Below are positions 11,581 through 24,000 of a stretch of 64,000 nt of DNA, piece after piece. The notes under the pieces were generated by a model, which searched no databases, was not told where the DNA came from, and saw nothing but the letters and a program-made list of their open reading frames with translations. Positions within the stretch are counted from its first letter, which is position 1; each line of letters begins with the position of its first letter. The position numbers and the translations under genes are program-made. Source of the stretch: an uncultured delta proteobacterium (GTDB lineage Bacteria; Desulfobacterota; Desulfomonilia; Desulfomonilales; Desulfomonilaceae); NCBI GenBank assembly GCA_963789265.1, contig CAWBKB010000001.1, positions 480,001-544,000 of the forward strand, read 5' to 3'.

Positions 11581-12699
11581 ATGCCGATAGAAGACGCCTG
11601 CATATTAGACTGGTTGACCCTGGAGAGAATTCCCCGAGTCGGTCCGTTGACCATAGCTCGATTGTACGATGCTTTTGGCAGCCCTCGGGCGGCCCTGGAG
11701 GCGGACAGTCGTGAAATCCGGCACAGGTCCGGTTTAAGTGAGAAACTCGCGGATGCAATTGCCCGCTTTGAGCCACCTCGAGACGAGATTCTCCGGGACA
11801 TGGAGATCCTTCAGAAGCTGGGTGCTCGAGTGGTCTCGCGTTGGGATCCTGAATATCCTTCAAATCTGAAGGAGATTTATGATCCGCCCGCGCTGCTGTT
11901 CGTGAGAGGCGAGATTATGCCCGGGGACAGTCGGGCTGTGGCAGTGGTAGGCTCCAGGAACCCGACCCGCTACGGCTTGGACATGACTGAACAAATCAGC
12001 CGTGATCTCATCCGTGAGGGGATTACTCTTATCAGCGGTCTTGCCCGGGGAATCGACACCGCTTGTCACCGGGCTGCCCTCAAAGGAGGCGGCAGGACTG
12101 TCGGCGTGCTCGGATGTGGATTGGATGTGCATTATCCGAGGGAGAATAAAGATCTAATCGAGGAAATGACGACGACCGGCGCCGTAATTAGTGAATTTCG
12201 GCCGGGGATGGCGCCTCTTGCGACGAATTTTTATCGCCGAAACAGGATCGTGTCCGGCCTCGCTAAAGGAATCCTGGTTGTGGAAGCGACACTAAACAGC
12301 GGTTCGCTTATCACGGCTGCGCATGCTCTGGATCAGAATCGTGATGTGTTCGCGGTCCCGGGTAACGTGATGAACAAACGGTCGTCTGGTCCGCATCATC
12401 TATTAAAGCAGGGGGCCGGACTGGTGGAATCCGCGGATGACATCCTACAGGCGCTTTTCACGCCAATGGAGGCCAAGCCTCAGCCATCTCTCTTCGAAGC
12501 CGTCGAAGAGGGCGAAAACCTTTCCGATTCCGCTCGGGCAGTGCTTGAAGCCCTGGATCCGGATCCCGTTCCGATAGATCTCTTGTGCGAAACGTTGAAA
12601 ATTGACGCGGGCGTGCTGTCGGGAGCCCTGGTGGAATTGGAACTGAACGGATTAGTTCGCCAGCATCCGGGAAAAATGTTCGCCCGGGTTTTGCGTTGA
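11581..12699 (+). CDS. dprA: DNA-processing protein DprA
   Basis: YPSNLKEIYDPP, VAVVGSR, SGLARGID, RRNRIVSGL, SGSLITA, FAVPG. Confidence 0.95.
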   Translation: MPIEDACILDWLTLERIPRVGPLTIARLYDAFGSPRAALEADSREIRHRSGLSEKLADAIARFEPPRDEILRDMEILQKLGARVVSRWDPEYPSNLKEIYDPPALLFVRGEIMPGDSRAVAVVGSRNPTRYGLDMTEQISRDLIREGITLISGLARGIDTACHRAALKGGGRTVGVLGCGLDVHYPRENKDLIEEMTTTGAVISEFRPGMAPLATNFYRRNRIVSGLAKGILVVEATLNSGSLITAAHALDQNRDVFAVPGNVMNKRSSGPHHLLKQGAGLVESADDILQALFTPMEAKPQPSLFEAVEEGENLSDSARAVLEALDPDPVPIDLLCETLKIDAGVLSGALVELELNGLVRQHPGKMFARVLR

Positions 12700-12724
12700 G
12701 CTACCGGGGATTTTTCAATGTATG

Positions 12725-12836
12725 CATTCAGTTACAGCGGGGATTTGCGGGTGGCTTCGTGGGGTGGGCTTTCCAGCCCGCCATTGAACAGGGGTTTCCT
12801 CGGCAGGCTTTCCAACCTGCCCCACGAGACTGAATG
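12725..12836. repeat. 112-bp palindromic repeat element with cattcagt/actgaatg ends (empty homolog of 30580-30906)
   Basis: Its reverse complement aligns with the flanks of MITE copy 4. Confidence 0.75.
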
Positions 12837-13050
12837 GTTATTTTTCAATAACGCTCGTCCTTGACTTTTCTTGGATCTGTTTCAATTTAGAAGCAATCGC
12901 CCCACAAGGTGGAGGGAGTGCAATAGCATCATACGTTGCGAAAGGTCTTTTGGCTTAAGATGGCGGAAACGAACATCGACGGCTGCGGCCTTCTCAAAGC
13001 GTGAAGCAATATGCAATTCAAACTTCGAGGATCAGGAAGGAACACAGTTT

Positions 13051-15307
13051 ATGGATAAAACGCTGGTAGTGGTCGAATCACCGGCCAAAGCAAAAACCAT
13101 CAAGAAGTACCTGGGCGCGGGTTATGAGGTGAAAGCGTCAGTAGGGCATATAAAGGACCTCCCGCAAAAGGAACTGGGTGTCAGGGTGGATGAAGGATTC
13201 GCCCCGGAATATCAGATCATAACTGGAAAGGAGAAACTGATCAAGGAATTGAGCGCGGCCGCGCAAAAGGCTGCGAGAGTCTTCCTGGCCACAGACCCGG
13301 ATAGGGAAGGGGAAGCGATTGCCTGGCATCTTCGTGAGGAGCTGAAGAAGCCTGCTCAGAGCGTTTTCCGTGTTCTATTCAATGAGTTGACCGAGAAAAC
13401 GATCAAAGAGGCGATAGCTCATCCTTCAAGGCTTGACGAGAAACAAATACAACGCGCAACAGGCCCGTCGCATACTGGACAGAATCGTCGGGTATCAGAT
13501 CAGCCCTCTTTTGTGGGACAAAGTTCAGTACGGATTGAGCGCGGGACGGGTCCAATCCGTCGCACTCAGACTTATCGTCGATCGCCAAAAAGAGATCGAG
13601 ACGTTTGTCCCTCAAGAATACTGGACGATTACCGCCACTCTCTCCGCCGACTCTCCACCCGCATTCGAAGCCAAACTGATCGAGGATGACGGCGAGAAGA
13701 TCGAGATCTTGAACGCGACCGCAGCCGCTCGGTTGGCAGCCCGTGCGAGAGAGCACCCCTTTCAGGTTGTTGACGTAAAACACCGTGAGCGAAGTCGTAA
13801 GCCTGCGCCCCCGTTTATCACTTCCACCCTCCAGCAGGAAGGGTCTCGCAAGCTGAGAATGACAAGCAGCCGCACAATGCGGATCGCTCAGCAGCTCTAC
13901 GAGGGTATCGAGCTTGGCGACGCAGGCGCGGTGGGCCTTATAACCTACATGAGGACCGATTCTCCCAGGATTGCTCCGGAAGCCTTGACCGCAGTGAGAA
14001 GCTATATCCGGAGCAAGTACGGGCCCGAGTACCTTCCTGAACGGCCGCACACGTACAAAGGGAGAAAGACCGCCCAGGAAGCGCACGAGGCGATTCGTCC
14101 GACTTCGATGGATCTTCCGCCTGAAAAGGTCGCACGATTTCTGGACAAAGCCCAGATGGCTCTTTACACATTGATATGGAATCGATTCGTGGCAAGCCAA
14201 ACAGCCGCGGCCGTCTTCGACATGACTACGGCCAATATAAAGTCCGGTGAGCTTATCTTCCGGGTAACAGGATCCGTTATGAAGTTCGACGGATTCATAA
14301 AGATTTATTCGCAGGACAAGGATGAGGAAACGGCCCGGGATGACGGTGAAAAAGAGGATGCCGGTCGCCTGCTTCCTCCTTTGAAACCGGGAGACAATCT
14401 GGTGATGGAGAAACTCCTGCCGCGTCAGCACTTCACTCAGCCGCCGTCGGCCTTCAACGAAGCCTCACTTATCAAGGAGCTTGAAGAGCAGGGCATCGGC
14501 CGTCCTTCTACCTATGCGGAGACTGTCAGCACCATCCAAAAGCGAAAATACGTGGAACTGCAAGATAAGAAGTTTCGACCGACTCTTCTCGGCCGTATCA
14601 TAGCGGGTCTTCTAAAGGATAGTTTCCCCAAGCTGCTCAACACTCGTTTCACTGCTGAAATGGAGTCCTTTTTGGACTTGGTCGAAGAGGGAAAAGCATC
14701 CTGGACTGAGACCCTGCAAGATTTTTACGGGCCTTTTCAGTCAGCTTTGCAGAAGGCCAAGGAGAGCATGAAGAATGTCAAGCGTGAAGGGATTCCGACC
14801 CAGGCCGCGTGTCCGGAGTGCGGCTCACCACTCTTGGTCCGATCCGGGCGATACGGCTTGTTTATAGGTTGTTCCGCTTATCCGGCGTGCGCTTACACTC
14901 AAAAGATAGCTGAAGACACAGTGCCAAGTGCCGAACCCATCCCCACCGATCAAAAGTGTCCACAATGCGGTGCGCCCATGGTCATCCGCTCGGGTCGTAC
15001 GGGCCAGTTCCTGTCTTGTTCACGCTATCCCGAGTGCAGGGCCGCGGGCCCTTTGACAACTGGAGTGGCGTGTCCCAAATGCGGGATTGGAGAGCTTGCC
15101 CGGCGCCGAACAAAGAAAGGAAAAACGTTCTATTCGTGCAGCCGCTATCCCGAGTGCGATTACTCGCTATGGAACAAGCCGGTAAGCGTCGCTTGCCCTA
15201 ATCCCGAATGCGACTCCACGATCATGGAAGAACGTGCCGCAGAGAACCAACAAGTCTTTCTCCAGTGCCCGAAGTGCAAAACCAAACTCGCAAATGAGGC
15301 AGCTTAG
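13051..15307 (+). CDS. topA: DNA topoisomerase I with C-terminal zinc ribbons; one apparent frameshift at ~13440
   Basis: VVESPAKAKTI, ATDPDREGEAIAWH, SAGRVQS, ITYMRTDS, AHEAIRPT, GIGRPSTY and C-terminal CPxCG repeats. Confidence 0.95.
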
Positions 15308-15687
15308 ATTAAGGTGCATGCGGGCCTAACCCAGAAAAAAACCCCCAAAATCGTTAGGAGGATAATTGGGGGTATGTAGGGATATGCAACGGGTCGCCGA
15401 CTTCACATCGGCTTTCCCCTTCCCTTTACCCGGCAGCGATGAGCATGTGGCAATCAGCCAGTGTGTTAAGCTTCTGCCTGAAGCGTTCCCATTCATGTGA
15501 ATTTTTCCCCGCCAGAACCGAAAAGAGCCGGAGAGAATGAGAGCTCCCTTGTCTGCCGGAACGGACTCCGGAAGTTCTAGGCGAAGATTTCACCAAAACC
15601 CACCGCTTGATTTCAGATAGGGCTCCTGGTGACACGACGTCCCATCATGTATACTCGAGGAACGGAAAGCTTGTTGGTGTGACACTT

Positions 15688-17253
15688 ATGATCAATAAAG
15701 AGCAGAATGTCTTGATGAGCGGAAATGACGGGCCCAAAGGCCGGCCGACCAGTGGGTTGAAAGTTCTTTTGGTCGGGGATCGTGACTCGATGGAGGAAAG
15801 CGAGGACTTTCTGAATTCACTGACCGCCATCGGGCACCGGATCAGTGCATTGGATACAATTACCCTCTTCGACGGCAAGACTTCCCGCCGGAAGGGCACG
15901 AGTTCTGATGATGCTCTGTTTGAAGATGTAAGACAGCGCTTGGAGAACGATGCTCCGGACATTGTCATCCTGACGACCGACGACCAAAATCTGCGTAGCG
16001 GAATCATGAGCCTGGTTAAGCCTCAGACAAGATTTCTCGACCCATTTGTTCTGAAGATGACCAAGGGGCTCAAAGATGTCACCGGTCAACTGGCTTCGAC
16101 TCGTACGAGACTCCAGAGTGTTGAATTAATGAAAAAGGTGCTCATGTCCGGCCCGGAAACGAGCATAATGGTCGTGGACGAGGATCTGAAAATTGTCGAG
16201 ATCAACAATGCCATTTTGGAACGAACGAAAATGTCGGAGCAGGCTTGCGTCGGCAGACCATGCCACTGGGTAATAAGGAAGGAGATGGAACCCTGTTACA
16301 GCCGAGGGGAAAAATGTGTGGTCAGGGAGGTTTTAAAAACAGGGCGGGCTGTGCACACTGTCAGGGAAGAACGGCGACACGATGGATCGTTCAGATATTT
16401 CACGATCAGTTCATATCCCCTGCCGAAAGATGAGGAGGGGAAAAAGAATGTGATGATCGTTTGGAAGAATGTTTCCGAACAGATGGCGCCGGTACTCAGC
16501 CGGCAAGCGCGAAGTATTCGTCAGCGGTTTATTCATACGCTCCAGGAGGACAAGATGGCCGCTCTTGGAAAGCTCGCTTCCGCTGCGGTGCATGAGATCA
16601 ACAATCCTATTCAGGGAATCTTGACGTTTGCCAAGCTCATGAGACAATCCTTTGACAAGAAATCGTTGACTCCGGAGGAAATGAAGCGGTTCGGTTCCTA
16701 TTTGGACTTGATATCGGTCGAATCGAATCGATGCGGAAAGATTCTCCAGGGGCTGCTTGCCTTTTCACGCAAGAGGGACCTCAAGAAATCCGCAGTGGAC
16801 CTGACGAAGGTTTTTCAAGACCTGGTCCTACTCTTGCGAAATCAAATGAAACTTCACGGGATTAGTTTATGTATCGAAAAACCTGACATTATGCCGATAG
16901 TCTATTGTGACGGCGACTTGATAAAACAAGCTCTACTCAACCTCCTTCTTAACTCTGTAGAAGCTATCCCGGACGGAGGGCTCATAGTCATGTCAGCCGA
17001 TGCACATCCCGACGGGATGCGGCTGATAATAAGAATCCAAGATACAGGACCGGGAATCCCGAAGAACGTTCAAAGCAACATATTCGAGCCGTTTTTCACC
17101 ACCAAGAAAGATGGGAAGGGTACCGGCCTCGGCCTGAGCATCGTTTACGGCATTATGCTCCAGCACGATGGCGCAATCGGAGTGGAAAGCGAGGAAGGCG
17201 AGGGCACTACCTTTGTCGTTACCCTGCCGATCGGTCAAGAATCGAAAGAATGA
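15688..17253 (+). CDS. PAS-domain sensor histidine kinase (start uncertain)
   Basis: HEINNP H-box, NLLLNS, DTGPGIP, FEPFFTTK, GTGLGL. Confidence 0.9.
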   Translation: MINKEQNVLMSGNDGPKGRPTSGLKVLLVGDRDSMEESEDFLNSLTAIGHRISALDTITLFDGKTSRRKGTSSDDALFEDVRQRLENDAPDIVILTTDDQNLRSGIMSLVKPQTRFLDPFVLKMTKGLKDVTGQLASTRTRLQSVELMKKVLMSGPETSIMVVDEDLKIVEINNAILERTKMSEQACVGRPCHWVIRKEMEPCYSRGEKCVVREVLKTGRAVHTVREERRHDGSFRYFTISSYPLPKDEEGKKNVMIVWKNVSEQMAPVLSRQARSIRQRFIHTLQEDKMAALGKLASAAVHEINNPIQGILTFAKLMRQSFDKKSLTPEEMKRFGSYLDLISVESNRCGKILQGLLAFSRKRDLKKSAVDLTKVFQDLVLLLRNQMKLHGISLCIEKPDIMPIVYCDGDLIKQALLNLLLNSVEAIPDGGLIVMSADAHPDGMRLIIRIQDTGPGIPKNVQSNIFEPFFTTKKDGKGTGLGLSIVYGIMLQHDGAIGVESEEGEGTTFVVTLPIGQESKE

Positions 17254-19352
17254 GAGCCGCCGTGAACGCTTTCAAAACCTTACCTGGAATGCGCTATCCC
17301 ATGGGGGCGAGTTGGAGAGCGCAAGGAACTAACTTTTCAATCTTCAGTCGTTACGCGACTTCCGTTGAACTGCTGCTTTACGAGCACGCGGACAGCCCAA
17401 GCCCATTTCAAGCGATCGAGCTAGACCCATACGTGAATAGGACGTTCTTCTTTTGGCACTTGATGGTTGTTGAGCTGCCGCCGGGAACTCATTACACATG
17501 GAGAGTGGACGGGCCCAACGATCCACATGGCTCGGGCTTGATTTTCGACAGACGCCGAGAACTCCTCGACCCCTGGGCTCGCGCAGTGACAACAAGATTG
17601 TGGAATCGCCGAAGGGCGTGTCTCCGCGATGCCGACGAATGGCCAAGCATGCGTGCCATGGTTATCGACGAAGGGTACGACTGGCAGGGAGACCAACCTA
17701 TCAATCATCCTCTTGAGAACACGATAATTTACGAGCTGCATGTAGGAGGATTCACGAGGAGCCCTTCGGCCGGGGTGAGGTATCCGGGAACATTCGCCGG
17801 CGTCATCGAAAAGATCCCATATCTTAAGGCCCTCGGGGTAACCGATGTGGAGCTGCTGCCGGTAATGGCTTTCGACGAGCAAGATGTTCCGGAGAAGGTT
17901 GCTGACCTAGGTCTGACGAATTTTTGGGGATATAGTACACACAGCTTCTTTTGCCCCCATCCGGGATACTGCGTTTCCCCCGAGAAAGGCACGCATCTTA
18001 ATGAATTCCGTGACATGGTGAAAGCCCTCCACCGGGCGAACATCGGGGTCATTATGGATGTGGTGTTCAATCACACCGCAGAAGGCGGCGAATCCGGGCC
18101 CACGATCAATTTCAAAGGGATCGCCAATGGAACTTTCTATCACCTCGAACCTCAGGATCGAAGCGTCTACCGCGACTTTACCGGAACTGGAAACACCGTC
18201 AACTGCAACCATCCGCTTGCTACGGCATTCATACTGGAGTGTCTGGAGTTTTGGGTCCGGGAGATGCATGTTGATGGCTTCAGGTTTGACCTCGCAAGCG
18301 CATTGGCTCGAGGGGAGGACGGCAATCCCCTCTACCACGCGCCGCTTCTATGGCGCATCGAATTCTCGGATGAGCTGATTGAGGCGAAAGTAATTGCCGA
18401 AGCCTGGGACGCGGCGGGTCTTTACCAGGTAGGTGCTTTTCCCGGATTTCGATGGGCCGAGTGGAACGGTCACTACCGGGATGTGATACGGCGATTTGTC
18501 CGTGGGGACAGGGGGGTGGTTGGCGAAGTCGCGACTCGAATCAGCGGCAGCAGTGACCTGTACGAAGATGACGGACGATTGCCGAGCAACAGCATCAACT
18601 TTATCACGTGTCACGACGGTTTCACTTTGCACGATCTGGTTACCTACAGCCAAAAACATAACGAGGCGAACGGCGAGGACAACAAAGACGGCACAGATAA
18701 CGATTTGAGCTGGAACTGCGGGTTTGAAGGTGAAACCGAGGACGAACAAATCCTCGAACTGCGAAAGCGCCAGGCCAAGAATTTTATTGCTATCCTGTTG
18801 CTTAGCCAAGGAGTTCCCATGTTACTTGCCGGTGATGAGGTTTTAAGAACTCAACGCGGCAACAATAACGCGTATTGCCAAGACAAGTCAGTAGGGTGGT
18901 TCGATTGGACCCTGTTGGAAAGACACCGAGACATGTTCCGGTTTGTGAGCGGAATGATCGCGTTTCGGAAACGTCACCCGTGCCTTATGAGGGATAGGTT
19001 TCTTACCGGGGAAAAGACAGCCGATCGGAATATTCCGGACGTGATCTGGCACGGAGCAAAACTCAACCGGCCGCCGTGGAAAGATGGGGATACCCGAGTC
19101 CTCGGTTTCACTCTTGCGGCAGTTGCTCCCGGAGAAGAAGATGTTCACGTAATGATGAACATGTCCCCAGAGAACATATTAGTTGAACTGCCCAAGGTTG
19201 ACGGGCAAGGATGGTTCCTGGCCGTCGATACGGCAGTTCCGCCTCCGGCCGACGTTTCGGCACCATCAGAACAGTTGCCTGTCAAGAAGAGTGAATATCT
19301 CGTACGCGAACGAAGCGTCGTGGTATTCGAGGGGAGGCCTATTGTGAACTGA
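17250..19352 (+). CDS. glgX: Glycogen debranching enzyme (isoamylase)
   Basis: IYELHVGGFT, NFWGYST, DVVFNHT, DGFRFDLAS, AEAWD, HDGFTL, GNNNAYCQD. Confidence 0.95.
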   Translation: MRAAVNAFKTLPGMRYPMGASWRAQGTNFSIFSRYATSVELLLYEHADSPSPFQAIELDPYVNRTFFFWHLMVVELPPGTHYTWRVDGPNDPHGSGLIFDRRRELLDPWARAVTTRLWNRRRACLRDADEWPSMRAMVIDEGYDWQGDQPINHPLENTIIYELHVGGFTRSPSAGVRYPGTFAGVIEKIPYLKALGVTDVELLPVMAFDEQDVPEKVADLGLTNFWGYSTHSFFCPHPGYCVSPEKGTHLNEFRDMVKALHRANIGVIMDVVFNHTAEGGESGPTINFKGIANGTFYHLEPQDRSVYRDFTGTGNTVNCNHPLATAFILECLEFWVREMHVDGFRFDLASALARGEDGNPLYHAPLLWRIEFSDELIEAKVIAEAWDAAGLYQVGAFPGFRWAEWNGHYRDVIRRFVRGDRGVVGEVATRISGSSDLYEDDGRLPSNSINFITCHDGFTLHDLVTYSQKHNEANGEDNKDGTDNDLSWNCGFEGETEDEQILELRKRQAKNFIAILLLSQGVPMLLAGDEVLRTQRGNNNAYCQDKSVGWFDWTLLERHRDMFRFVSGMIAFRKRHPCLMRDRFLTGEKTADRNIPDVIWHGAKLNRPPWKDGDTRVLGFTLAAVAPGEEDVHVMMNMSPENILVELPKVDGQGWFLAVDTAVPPPADVSAPSEQLPVKKSEYLVRERSVVVFEGRPIVN

Positions 19353-19400
19353 AATGTCGTCGGCTGCATGGCGGCTTCCGCCGGCTTAGGGGAGGTTACA

Positions 19401-19685
19401 GTGAAACTGGGCTTCGAATGGGACGAAGAGAAAGCCACAGAGAACTATCATAAGCACAAGGTCAGTTTCGAAGAAGGTGTCACGGTTTTCAGCGACCCGC
19501 TTTCCTTAACCATGGAGGACCCGGACCATTCAAGAGACGAACAACGTTACTTAGACGTCGGAACTTCGGAGGAAGGTCACGTTCTGGTGGTAAGCTACAC
19601 TGAACGGGACGGGCACATACGGGTTATCAGTTGCCGTAAGGCTTCGCGAAAAGAACGGAGACACTATGAAGAAAGTAACAACTAA
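19401..19685 (+). CDS. BrnT family toxin
   Basis: FEWDEEKA..N..KHKVSFEE...VF.DP, RVISCRKA...ERR.Y; GTG start after ggggagg. Confidence 0.9.
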   Translation: MKLGFEWDEEKATENYHKHKVSFEEGVTVFSDPLSLTMEDPDHSRDEQRYLDVGTSEEGHVLVVSYTERDGHIRVISCRKASRKERRHYEESNN

Positions 19686-19974
19686 AACGAGCCGACGAAA
19701 TGACACCGGTATGCGGGCCGAATATGACTTCACTCGTGGAACGAGCGGCAAGCATTATCGAGCCATGCAAGCCGGTTATAAAATAACAATCCATCAGGCG
19801 GACGGCACGGCAATAGTGAAAGAAGTGCAACCCAAAGAGGGTGTCATAGTCTTGGCACCGGATGTGAGGAAGTACTTCCCGGATTCGGAATCCGTGAACG
19901 AAGCCTTACGTTCGTTGATCAAGCTCATTCCCGAGAAACGTCGTCCGACTACGAAAGAAGCGGAGGGAAATTAG
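19666..19974 (+). CDS. Probable antitoxin (BrnA/CopG-like)
   Basis: MRAEYDF..G..GK.Y and LAPDV.KYFPDSESVNEALR; overlaps the toxin gene. Confidence 0.8.
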   Translation: MKKVTTKTSRRNDTGMRAEYDFTRGTSGKHYRAMQAGYKITIHQADGTAIVKEVQPKEGVIVLAPDVRKYFPDSESVNEALRSLIKLIPEKRRPTTKEAEGN

Positions 19975-20254
19975 GCAACAGTTAGAATCGCACTTATCGG
20001 CCTGGATTGTCGAACAGCAAGGAGGCCACGGTCATCACGCTTCAAAATGCAACGACAACTCACTGTCCGTTAGTTCGTTGGTCAAGAGTCCAGATGAGAA
20101 CTCGACCATAAGTTGGAAAACGCTCGACGGGCTGCTCCAAAGGAGGAAAAGCCGGGGCAAGAGAAACCCAAGCGGGCAATTAAGCTGTAATAGTGAAGCA
20201 CAGAGTGCCCCCTGAACCTCATGTTTTGTCAGTCCATAGGTCCCCGTTCATAAA

Positions 20255-20662
20255 TCAGCGAGCCCTCTTTGCATGCGCTAAAGCAGGCGGTGCCGGAGGT
20301 ATGTCGGTCCAGCTAACCGATGCAAACGGATTAGGGGCTGTAGACGCAGTTGCCGGAGTCGTCGAGGAATGCACCTTCGGTTTGGGCTTATTGATGAAAT
20401 TGTAAACGTAGGACTCCGCTTTGTCGACGGGGTAAGTCAGCATTTTTCCAAGAATCCAGAACACATACATTTGTTCCCGCGGGGTGGGCGGAGGCGGCAT
20501 GGTCGGATCCACGACGGATTGGTCGTGCTGCGGGACATAAGTCGCCTGCTGATAGCCGGGCTTGACTGTGATGAGGTTCTTGTGGGCCTCGTCCGCTTGG
20601 GCCAAGCAGATAGGAACGATCAAGAGCAAACCTAAGAGAACAAGGGACAAAGTCGTGCGCAT
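20255..20662 (-). CDS. Hypothetical secreted proline-rich protein
   Basis: Hydrophobic N-terminal signal; RBS gaggagg. Confidence 0.7.
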   Translation of the reverse strand: MRTTLSLVLLGLLLIVPICLAQADEAHKNLITVKPGYQQATYVPQHDQSVVDPTMPPPPTPREQMYVFWILGKMLTYPVDKAESYVYNFINKPKPKVHSSTTPATASTAPNPFASVSWTDIPPAPPALAHAKRAR

Positions 20663-21013
20663 GGGACCTCCTCGACTTCCAAATTACGTGCCCCCTTTAT
20701 CACATCTTTTTGAAAAAACCAGATCTTTTTGGGGAATGAGGTAGAATTGTCGAGAACGGCCTAGAGGGAGGCTAGCTAATTCCATATCGCGTTCAACCAA
20801 GTGACCACTCTTTTTTTGGTAGGGGCAGGTTTCAAACCTGCCCCTACTTGCCGTAAAGCCGGCCTACACGAGCATCCAGCAGAACCGGCCTGCGCGCAGA
20901 ACACGGATCGTTCGCGAATCGCCGACCGTGACACCGGCAAATTGACACAACGGAGCATTGCGCATGGCTAGATCGGCACACCGAGGAACGATCCCACAGA
21001 CAAGGTGCCATGC

Positions 21014-24000
21014 TCACGTCCAGTTCATTGGCTTGGATTTCTTGTCTTTTTTGTTGTGAGGACCGCGATGGGGTTTGGGTTCGGGACTTTTGAACGGTCC
21101 TCGGATGGTCTTGTCCATCACGGAAACTCCGGGGGGGCCCGGCGACAACCTGATCGTGTATTGATAGCCGTCGCGTACGAAGACCACAATCGGTCTAATC
21201 TTTCCTTTCCTGGCCCTGGCTGTGAGAGCGAGAAATTTCTCTTCAGAGAGATTTCCGACACCGTTATATTCTATGATGACGTCTCCCCGGGCCATGCCTG
21301 CCTTTCTAGCATCGGACCTGGGGGAGAAGTCGAGGATCATCACCCCTTGGACGATCGTCTGCGGAGCCTCCTGGCTCGCGGTCTTGTCAGCCGTCTTATC
21401 CTCCCGGGGAAGGGCAGCCGACCGTCGTTCCTTCTCTTTGGCCACAGCGGCGATTACCGCCCTCTGATCGGGACTCGGCACCCACTCCTTTGTCAGAAAG
21501 TCGTTGGCAAAATGAAAAAACCGTTGAGCAGCATTCGTTTCGACAATGACACGAAAGCCGAAATTGTTTGTGGCGACGTCCGGCCTGGACCAACCCCTGA
21601 ATGCGCATCGGAGATTGATTGCGCCGAACGTCCACTCCCCGCCCTTCATGACGCGAAATTCCCCGTGGCCGGGTCCTTCAGGATCAACTTCAGGGGTGTA
21701 TTTGTAATAGTCTTCTCCATAATAATCCCTGACCCATTCCAAAACGTTGCCCGCCATATCGTAAAGTCCGTAGCCATTGGGTTCGTAACTACCCACCGGA
21801 GCGACAAACTTGTACCCGCAGTCCGCGTTGCGATCTCTCCAGGGGAAGTCTTTATTCTTGTCCGCGTAATTGGCCCTGCGGCCGTCGGGAAGATCGTCTC
21901 CCCAGGGAAATTGCGCCATTGGGTGACCTCCGCGCGCGGCATATTCCCATTGGGCCTCAGTTGGGAGCTTATAAGGAAGTTTTTCTCGGGCAGTTAGCCA
22001 TTCCACGAATGCCTGAGCATCATTATAAGAGATCATGGTCACCGGTTCGTCGTCCGTTACCTTCCAGCCAGGATTTCTCCATGAAGTACCTTCCTTTTTC
22101 TCGAATCGATCGGTTTTTGAGTTGAACTCCTGACCGCCTTTTTCGTCCTCTGCATCGGTAACGTAACCGGTTTCGTTAACGAATTTGCGAAATTGGCCGA
22201 CCGTAACTTCGGTAGCGGACATCAAGAACGGTCGAGAGATACGAACCTTATGGAAAGGATATTCATTTTCGAGAGATACCGGCTGCCCCTGGGCCAAAGT
22301 AGTCATGGCCCAGGCGATGTCGGCTTCGGAACTCCCCATGACAAAAGAGCCGGCCGGGATGCGAACCATAGACATGCCCAGGGAATTGGCAAAGGATTGA
22401 ATTGCCTTGTTGCGGGTCAGATCGACAAGATCCTCCAGGACGTCCTTGACAAAGAACCGCAAGTCCTCCGGAGATCCGTTTCCTTTACCAATGGATGAGA
22501 TGAACGCTTGGACGTGTTTACGGGCCTCGAGTCGGTGACCCCTCCGCACCATGTCCTTCACACGATCGAGAAGGCGGGTGATCTGCTCGTTGTCCAGGGA
22601 ATTTCCTCCAGCAGCGGGTTCGGGAATCGCATCATTCGGCGCGGGAACCGCCGCGACCCGAAATCCCGAAAGGTCGGTAGGGAGATTCGGCTCGAGGCCG
22701 AATCGAAAAGCGTTCCTGGCAATTCCCGCCCCGAAAGCCCAATTGCCTCCTCTCACGACTCTTTTCTTTCCTTTTCGGGGACCGGTGGGATCTGCGCTTT
22801 CCTTGGGTGCAGTTCCGGCGTAGGCCTTAGGGTCATAATAGTCCGAACAGAGCTGCCAGACATTGCCGACCATATCGTACAGCCAGAATCCATTGGGCTC
22901 ATAGGCACCTACCGGGGAGACCCTCGCATAGCCGTCGTCAATTGTCCGGTCCGCCCACGGAACAGGAGCTCGCCTGTCAGCAAGATTAGCCTTCTGGCCA
23001 TCAGGATACTCGTTGCCCCATGGGTACCACTTTTCAGCCTTCCTCCCTCGCGCTGCGAATTCCCACTGAGCTTCAGTGGGCAGATAATACCGGCGCCCGT
23101 CCTTCTCACTCAACCATTTACAGAAGGCCTCCGCGTCGGCATGACAGACAAGCACGACCGGATAATCGTTCACATCCTCATTTCCCGTGTTCTTCCAGGA
23201 TGCTCCACTTTTCTTTATCCAATGCTTTTTGGAGTCTTCATAAGCCCAGCCCCAACCTTGCCTTTCAGCAACAGTCCGGTACCCGGTTTCATTGACGAAC
23301 TGTTTGAATTGGCCTACCGTAACGTCATACTTCCCTAAAAGAAACGGATTGCTGATTCTTACTGTGTGAGCTGGCTCCTCCGGCTGAAGCATATTCTCTT
23401 GTACATTCCACTCGCTCTGGATTCGTCGTATATCGGCTGCGGAACTCCCCATAACGAATTTGCCGGGCCGCACGAGAACCATTCTCATCCCGGCCGCATT
23501 CACTATCTCCCCGTTGACGGGAGTTTTTCCCATCGCGGATCCTGAAGCTTTGGAGCGAGCCGAGCGGAGGTTAAGTTCCAATGTTTGCGCGTCGTTGGCA
23601 AGCCCGGAACGGGAGGCTAGCTTGATGGCTCTTTCTAGAGGGTGAACCGCAAGATCCCACTCTTGCCTTTGCATGCGTGTCTTCGCAAGGGTTTCTTCCC
23701 TTTGCAGGATTCTGAGATCTCGAGAAGCATCATGGGAGGGGGGATGTCTGAATTCTCGATGCTGTGATTTGGGAGCCGTTTTCTTTCCTTCCGAGGAACG
23801 TTGGCGGTGGAGGCTGTCCAGGTACCCGGAAATTGCTTCATAGAGCTTCGCCGGGCTGACTTCTTGCTTCTTTCCCGGGCTCCCGGCTGAAGAGCCTTCA
23901 GGGGAAGAGTAAGTTTGATCCGCCCACGAGAAGGTCGTGGAAGACACAAAGAAGAGGAGAGCCAAAATCAAAACAGCAGGCGACCACTTTTCAAGCTTGG

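Noticed and set aside
2166..15307. scpB, glycosyltransferase, deacetylase and topA as pseudogenes or programmed frameshifts
   Set aside because: Single-base indels, mostly in short homopolymers, with otherwise intact motifs and no slippery-site pattern; sequencing error is more likely.
21005..23338. Long plus-strand ORFs (330 and 276 aa) and similar antisense ORFs at 13403, 34809, 40874 and 44290
   Set aside because: Antisense shadows of well-supported genes, with no motifs of their own.
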